Assembly: GCA_951406725.2 (NCBI GenBank)
Contig: OX597825.1
Coordinates: forward strand, 77,500,001-77,564,000
Direction of reading: 5' to 3'
Length of the DNA stretch: 64,000 nt
Origin: Octopus vulgaris
Taxonomy: Eukaryota
Shown: positions 55,999 to 64,000 of the stretch, in pieces
Layout: each line of letters opens with the position of its first letter
Numbering within the stretch: position 1 is the first letter of the stretch
Made by a program: the position numbers and the translations under genes
Notes under the pieces: generated by a model
Told to the model about the DNA's origin: nothing
What the model saw: only the letters and a program-made list of their open reading frames with translations
Database searches by the model: none

Positions 55999-56176
55999 GC
56001 ATGTATATGTATTTATGCATATATATACACACATATATGTATGTATAAATCGTTTATGGATTTTTGTCTTAAGTGTTTGACGGCGTAAAAATGAAAATGA
56101 TTACGTATAAGTGAAATACACATACACAGTTAATCATACACTTACACGAAAAGCCTTCAACATACACACACACAGA

Positions 56177-56209
<33 letters not shown>

Positions 56210-56902
56210 GTATACATACTCTCATATGTAAAGTCAGCTCCTCAAACGTCATTGCGTTTTCTCAAATTGCTATATTAATTTTCTTGATATCTTATTCGCT
56301 GAAGTGTAGCCAGTGCGTGATGGAGCGTGACATTAGAACAATTAGCCTATAACCTGTCCATTTCTCTCATCTGTCCAAATTATTGTTGTGTATTTGTGAA
56401 TGATTTTCGAATCGTGAAAACTACATTTGTAATTCATTCGCTGAAACGGTGTTGTTTCAACCGGGAACTCGCTGATAATCGATAAGAGTATTTAAGTACC
56501 GTGATGAGTGCGTTGCTCGAGGTGAAGACAATTGCTGTATGTACGTATGTATGTATATACGTATGTATGTACGTATGTATGTGTGTATGTATGTATGTAT
56601 GTATGTATGTACGTATGTATGTATGTATGTATGTATGTATGTATGTATGTATGTATGTATGTATGTATGTATGTATGTATGTATGTATGTATGTATGTAT
56701 GTATGTATGTATGCAAGTATGTATGTATATACGTATGTATGTGTGTATGAATATATGTATGTGTGTATGTATATATATATGTATGTATGTGTGTATGTAT
56801 ATATATATGTATGTATGTGTGTATATGTATGTATGTATTTGTGTGTATTTATGTACGTATGTATGTACATATGCATGTATGTATGTGTTTAAGTACGTGC
56901 GC

Positions 56903-56965
<63 letters not shown>

Positions 56966-56975
56966 TATATATATA

Positions 56976-57025
<50 letters not shown>

Positions 57026-57362
57026 TGTATGCACTTGTGTATGTATGTATGTATATTTGTATGTATGTATGTATGTATATTTGTATGTATGTATGGATGG
57101 ATGGATGCATGGATAGCTGGTTATATATGTGTATGCATATATGGATGTATTATGTTTGTATGCATGTATATACGTACATTTGTTTGGATGACTGGATCTT
57201 TGTACGCATGTGGTGTTTGTGGGTATTGAGCATTTTTATGTGTGTGTGTGTGTAGACATTGATTTATATACCTATATGCATATATGTTTAGCCATCATTG
57301 TGTTAATGGTTATATATTTACACACACACCACATGCATACATATATGCATATCTATGAATGC

Positions 57363-57447
<85 letters not shown>

Positions 57448-57482
57448 CATACATATATATATACATATATGTGCTTATATAT

Positions 57483-57665
57483 ATTCTTTTGCTCTTTTGC
57501 TTGACTTGGGCCATGCTGAAGCATCGCATTTAGTCGAACTAATAGGCCCTAGGACTTATTCTTTGTAAGCCTAGTACTTTTGCCGAATAGCTAAATTACG
57601 GGGACGTAAACATACCAATATCATTTGTCATGTGATGTGTAGAACAAATACAGACACACCCGTAC

Positions 57666-57737
<72 letters not shown>

Positions 57738-57887
57738 GTCATTTACATTTGACGGATATTTGTCCTCATCTTTTTGTCGTTAACACAACGTTTCGGCTAA
57801 TATATCCTCCAGCCTTCATCAGGTGGCTTGGGGAAATTTCGAACATAGGTTCTCATTCCTAAGGTATTTTCGATGTTGTTGTTGTTG

Positions 57888-57946
<59 letters not shown>

Positions 57947-58140
57947 GTTATGCAGGTCACTGAATAATAATAATAATAATTCCAGGGCACTGCCTGGAAT
58001 CGAACTGGGAATCTTCAGGTTAGTAGCCCGCGCTCTTAACCACCACGCCAAGAGATAGTGCGGGACAAACACAAACATAAATACATATATATGCATACGC
58101 ATATATAGACACACAGACACACACATATACATATATACGT

Positions 58141-58178
<38 letters not shown>

Positions 58179-58189
58179 GATGCATATAC

Positions 58190-58246
<57 letters not shown>

Positions 58247-58372
58247 TATATTTGGATGAGGGTTTTCTTTCAGTTTCTGTCTCCAAATCCACTCACAAAG
58301 ACCATAGTAGAAAGTACTTGTCCAAGGTGACCATCAGGGAGACTGAACCCGGAACCCTATGGTTAGGAAGCT
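57483..58372 (-). mobile_element. SINE family A whose internal microsatellite hosts element G
   Basis: A tail at 57483-57660 and A head at 58260-58372 on the same strand. Confidence 0.75.
57738..58060 (-). mobile_element. Element G: tRNA-derived head + (AAT)n linker + Penelope-type hammerhead tail
   Basis: Minus head TGGCGTGGTGGTTAAGAGCGCGGGCTACTAACCTGAAGATTCCCAGTTCGATTCC; hammerhead CAC-CUGAUGA-A-GGCU...AGCC-GAAA-CG-UU-GUG at 57784-57825. Confidence 0.75.
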
Positions 58373-59160
58373 GAGAAATTCTGATAAGACGAAGCACTAA
58401 ATCTCAATTCGATTAAATGGGCAAACCAATAACACCTAAATATTTAAATTTCATAAAATATTTTTTTAAATCAATATTGCATTTGAATCCCTTCTCACAA
58501 AGGATCGCTTCACCTTTCACAATCAAATCAGTATTTAATTGTCCCAATGAAAAAAAATGTATATATAGAAATAATTTATTTATTCGCTGACGTAATTCAT
58601 TCACGAACAGTTCCTTGAGGAGTTCATGTAGAAGTCTCTCTCAGTTAAACCGCAACTTCTCTTCATTGAAAGCTCACAGCTTTTGTACTACAGGCATGTG
58701 GCTAGAATATCGCCAGTAAGAATTGTAAGACAGGTTCTGACTTCGGAGTAGACCAAGAACAAGATAGTCGGATAATATCCGTAGTCTCATTTGGTCACGC
58801 TTGGGAATTCAGCCAGAAAGGCTGATAGTAGTTAATTCTGATAGCACACTATAGAGGAGATATAAGGAATTCAGACGGAAGGGCTACTGAATGTTGCTTC
58901 TAAACAGTACCCTATAAAGGAGAGGCATGATGACTCTACCTACTCAACTCTCACAGGAATGGTGGGCAGAAATGGAAAGATGAATGGATGGAGGGAGGGA
59001 CATTATAGTATTATTTCTTGTATTTATGTATGCTTAGAGCAAACCCTTTTTGAAACAGAAAATAAAGCAGAATGAAAAGAGAAGAAATAACGAGAACCTA
59101 GAGTCCTTGATAACAAAAAGTTCACATTCATGTACAACTGTACATGAATGTGGAGTTTAT

Positions 59161-59271
<111 letters not shown>

Positions 59272-59409
59272 TGTTTCTTTATTAGCCACACAGGGCTGCA
59301 CACAGATAGAACAAATTACAAGGTAGCGCTTTTCTTTTGAAGGTAAAAAAAAAGGGGGTGGGGTCGATCATAAGGGATCGTAAAAGGAGAGATAGATAGA
59401 TAGATAGAT

Positions 59410-59498
<89 letters not shown>

Positions 59499-59512
59499 TA
59501 CGCGTATATGTA

Positions 59513-59543
<31 letters not shown>

Positions 59544-59568
59544 AGATAGATTGATAGATATGTTTCTT

Positions 59569-59665
<97 letters not shown>

Positions 59666-60864
59666 CTTACATACATGAATGCGTGCATACAGACATACAT
59701 ACATGCATGCATACATAATACATACATACACTGATATTTATATCTCACTGGATGGAGTATATTTTTGAGATTAATAACATAATAGTACACCTTATATGTG
59801 TATGTGTGTGTGTTTGTATGTGTGTGTTTGCATGTGTGTGTGTATGTGTGTGAGTGTGTGTAGTATGTACCATGTAAACTATTTAATGACATCCTGATAC
59901 GATGAAGCGCTGTATTTTAAAATAGACAACGTACAACACAAGACGGCTTGTTATTTGCGTAGTTGTGTGAAAAGCCACATAGTGTTAGTGAAAAGCGAAA
60001 TAGTTTCATAATCAAATATAATGACTCGAAATTTACGAGTATTTTATGAGGAAATATAATAACCTGGAAGCTAAATATGCGAATTTATAATATACTGAAA
60101 CCAGTTCCGCTCTTAATTCATATTATTACGATTCGTTAATATAAAAATTACAGTTCCTTGAAGGCAGTGTTAGCATTTCAATGGCGGATGTTTGTCCGTT
60201 TATACAATTGGTTTCCGCCATCTTAAATCACTTCTCAGAAACAAAATTTTCAAACATTGTTTCCTTGTCAATGAAAGTCCTTAATGGCGACAAACCGTTC
60301 GGACCTTAGGGTACTGGGAATAGAGAAACGGCGACACGGAGGTAAAAGAATAGGAGATGAGACCTTGTACGGAAGCAGAGTGTCAGAATTATGTTAGCAT
60401 GACAAGTGGAAAGAAACACAATATATCCTTTCTTCTTCTTCGTCGTCTTCTCCTTCTTCTTTTCTTCTTCTCCTTCTTCTTCTCTTCTTCTTCTTCTTCT
60501 TCTTCTTCATCTTCTTCTTCTTCTTCTTCTTTTTCTTCTTCTTCTTCTTCTTTTTTCTTCTTCTTCTTTTTCTTCTTCTTCTTCTTCTTCTTCTTCTTTT
60601 TCTCTCCCCCTTTCTCTCTGTCTTCTTTCTTTTTCCCACTCTTACGTTCAGCATCTCTTTCCTTTTCTACTTTATCTATTTTAGGAATTTTTACTTCAAG
60701 ATGGCTGCACAATAATTGACGATATTATTTCATTATACCAACTTCTAAACCTATCGATCTATGCCTACCTTCCCCTCAATCTATCTCACACCTTTGATAT
60801 ATATATATACATACATACATATACATATCTCTGTCTTGTGTGTGTAAACACAGAGATATATGTA

Positions 60865-60933
<69 letters not shown>

Positions 60934-61151
60934 CACAGTCAAAAATTGTGAAGCATGACTGTCAACACTACTACATGAACCGAAGATTGCAGAATTCAAT
61001 GCATGAAAGTACTAGTTCAATCAGAATGAATATTTAACATTCTACTATTTCATTTTATTTTACTCAATTATAATATATTATCTTATAATATATCATTATA
61101 AGATTGTAAATAAAACGTGAAAATCAGACAAGGTTGGAATTCTTTTTATTA

Positions 61152-61188
<37 letters not shown>

Positions 61189-61744
61189 TGTATATATATG
61201 TATATATGTATGCATATACCAGTTTAGTGTGCTCAGAACTGATGCCACTTTAATAGAGATAAAACATATGAGGAAAAGTTCCATATGCTTTGATAAAGTC
61301 TTATTAAAATACACCTTTTGTTACCAATCGAGTTGATGATCTATTTACCTGCTAAATGTATATTTTCTCAAAAATCTATGTACAATGCGTTCCTTACACA
61401 TTTAAGACGAACTTGTTTACGGTGTGCCATATATAAGAAAAAAGTTAGCATGATTCATATATGCAAAGGAATAGAGTAACTTTATTCCATATGCATTGAA
61501 TACTTCTTTTTCATATGGATAACGTATATGAGTTACCGTATAACATACGTAGCTATTTTGATATGTTGAAATATATATATTTTCAATAGTAGTCAAATAT
61601 ATATTCTCATATATGCATTTGCCATTTGAAAGCTTGCACATCTACATTGTACAGTACATCATACATTAGAGATACAAATTTTGATTTTCCTTGAATGTGT
61701 CTTATTCGTGAGCACAAAATTATATACCCTTCGTAGATTTTTAA

Positions 61745-61842
<98 letters not shown>

Positions 61843-61869
61843 TGTGTGTGTATGTGTTTGTGTGTGTAT

Positions 61870-62179
61870 CTTTTATCGTTTTCTTCTTTCAGTCATTAGA
61901 ATGCAGCCATGCTGGGGCACCTCCTTAAAGAATTATAGTCGAACGAATTGAACTGTGTACTTAAAATTTTTAGCCAAGTAGTTAAGGGGACATAGGTTAA
62001 GGGAACATAAGCATACTATCACCGGTTGTCAAACGATGGTGTACAAGCACAAACACTCACACAAGAACACATAACTCTCTCTCTCGCCCTCACTCTCTCT
62101 CTGCATACATATAGATAGATTGATTAATTGATTGACTGATAGCTATACATATACATATATATGTACATATATATATGTA

Positions 62180-62233
<54 letters not shown>

Positions 62234-62266
62234 CGATGAGTCCCTTTCAGTTTCCGTCTACAAAAT
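61870..62266 (-). mobile_element. Diverged SINE family A (tail, microsatellite, part of the 5' half); a B1 remnant follows at about 62272-62408
   Basis: TTCAGTCATT..GCAGCCATGCTGGGGCACC...CACCGGTTGTC; CTTTCAGTTTCCGTCTAC. Confidence 0.7.
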
Positions 62267-62406
62267 CTGATATTTTCATTATTGGCACCGAAAAGGAAGA
62301 AATAAGAGACAAATTAGACACCAGTGATATTTGAACTCATAACCCAAAGATCATGTTTAAATACTTACTGGCATGCTTGCCCAATCGCTAACAACTCTAC
62401 CACTCG

Positions 62407-62562
<156 letters not shown>

Positions 62563-63409
62563 CTGTGTGTGTGTGTATGTCTATCTATCTCGTGTGTTTC
62601 CGGGCTTATGTATATAGGTGTGTATGTCTATGTATGTATACATATTCTTACATATATACGCATACACATATATGCATGTGTATATCAATATATATATATG
62701 TGTGTGTGTGTTTATCTGCATATTAAGTACATGTATTTTTATATATATAATCGTATATATATTTATTTATATATACAACATATATATATATATATACACA
62801 CACATATATACATATATACATATATGTATATGCGCATATATATATATACATATATATATATATATGTATACACACACGTAGACACGCATATACATATATC
62901 TACATATAAATATATGCGTGTTCCGTGAGTATGTGCACATACATAAAAAAGTGTTTCTATGTGAGCACACGTGTGTATAACTGCTAGTTTATTTCACATC
63001 GGTCCATCAATATATCGATCTATCAATCAATCGACCAATCAGCTTATTTAACTCATCCATCTTCATCACTACTTTTAATTACATTTCGTCTTCTTACATT
63101 AGCATAATTGCCATCGCAAACAATCTCAACCTCCACCCCCATCCGCATCACCTTCTCCAACACAACCACCTCATTCCCACCACCACCACCACCATCACCA
63201 CAATACAACCATACCATAAACATAACCACTACCACTGCCACCTTACAACCGCCACAGTAACTAATACCCGACAAAGCAGCTAATACCACCAACAAACCAC
63301 TACCGCAACTACCACCGCTACAATATCCTCCATTATGATTAAAACCACACTACTACTAATACTACTACTTGTACTGCTACTACTACTACTACTACTACTG
63401 CTACTACTG

Positions 63410-63450
<41 letters not shown>

Positions 63451-63575
63451 GCTACTACTACTGCTACTACTACTAATACTACTACTATTACTACTACAAC
63501 TACTACTGCTACTACTACTACAACTACTACTACCTACTACTACTACTGCTGCTGCTACTACTACTGCTACAACTG

Positions 63576-63620
<45 letters not shown>

Positions 63621-63785
63621 TTCTCTTTCTTTCTTTTCTTTTTCCTTGTTTTTCTTTCTTTCTCATTTTATCAGTTACAAATTTTGAAAACTGATGATGT
63701 CATTCTATCAAAATAGGAACGCAGGATTACCTCGTTTATAGTTTGAATTTATGAGTTTCTATGGTTGCTTTCATTCTACATTTCA

Positions 63786-63822
63786 AACCTCAAGAAGGCA
63801 GACGATCTGTCGAAATATCGTT
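63786..63822 (+). ncRNA. Degenerate hammerhead motif
   Basis: AAC-CUCAAGA-A-GGCAGA(CGA)UCUGUC-GAAA-UA-UC-GUU; G5 mutated; followed by TAAATAAAC. Confidence 0.5.
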
Positions 63823-64000
63823 CAAACTGTTAAATAAACAATCTATTACAAACCGTATCGCGCTCTTCTTGTGTAATTTCCTTCCTGGGGGAGTTACGTC
63901 AATCTTTATAAGATGATAATAATGAAAATAATAAGAAGAAGAAGAAGAACAACAACAACAACACCTACAACAACAATAATAATAACAATAATAATAATAA

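Overview
Eukaryotic, AT-rich, extremely microsatellite-dense intergenic or intronic DNA. The repeat landscape strongly resembles an octopus (coleoid cephalopod) genome; this is an inference from recalled repeat families, not a database result. I find no credible host protein-coding gene, rRNA, intact tRNA gene or CRISPR array, and nearly all long ORFs are translated microsatellites. The window holds several tRNA-headed SINE families (my labels A-G) that swap middle and tail modules, two SINE tandem arrays, two decayed DD37D (maT-like) Tc1/mariner transposases, non-autonomous Helitrons, R4/Dong-type LINE remnants in (TAA)n tracts, a Tx1/L1-type LINE 3' end beside (GATA)n, and several fold-back elements. 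Three signals stand out. (1) Short, often TA-flanked elements carry Penelope-type minimal hammerhead ribozyme motifs, including one fused to a tRNA/Pol III head (57738-58060) and one with a compensatory G3-C8 core inside a long palindrome (17198-17456). (2) SINE B2 shares its tail with the Tx1-like LINE and repeatedly abuts GGTAT, a motif in the B-family head, which could explain its self-nesting arrays. (3) An internally deleted Dong-like element has its ORF N- and C-termini joined in frame.
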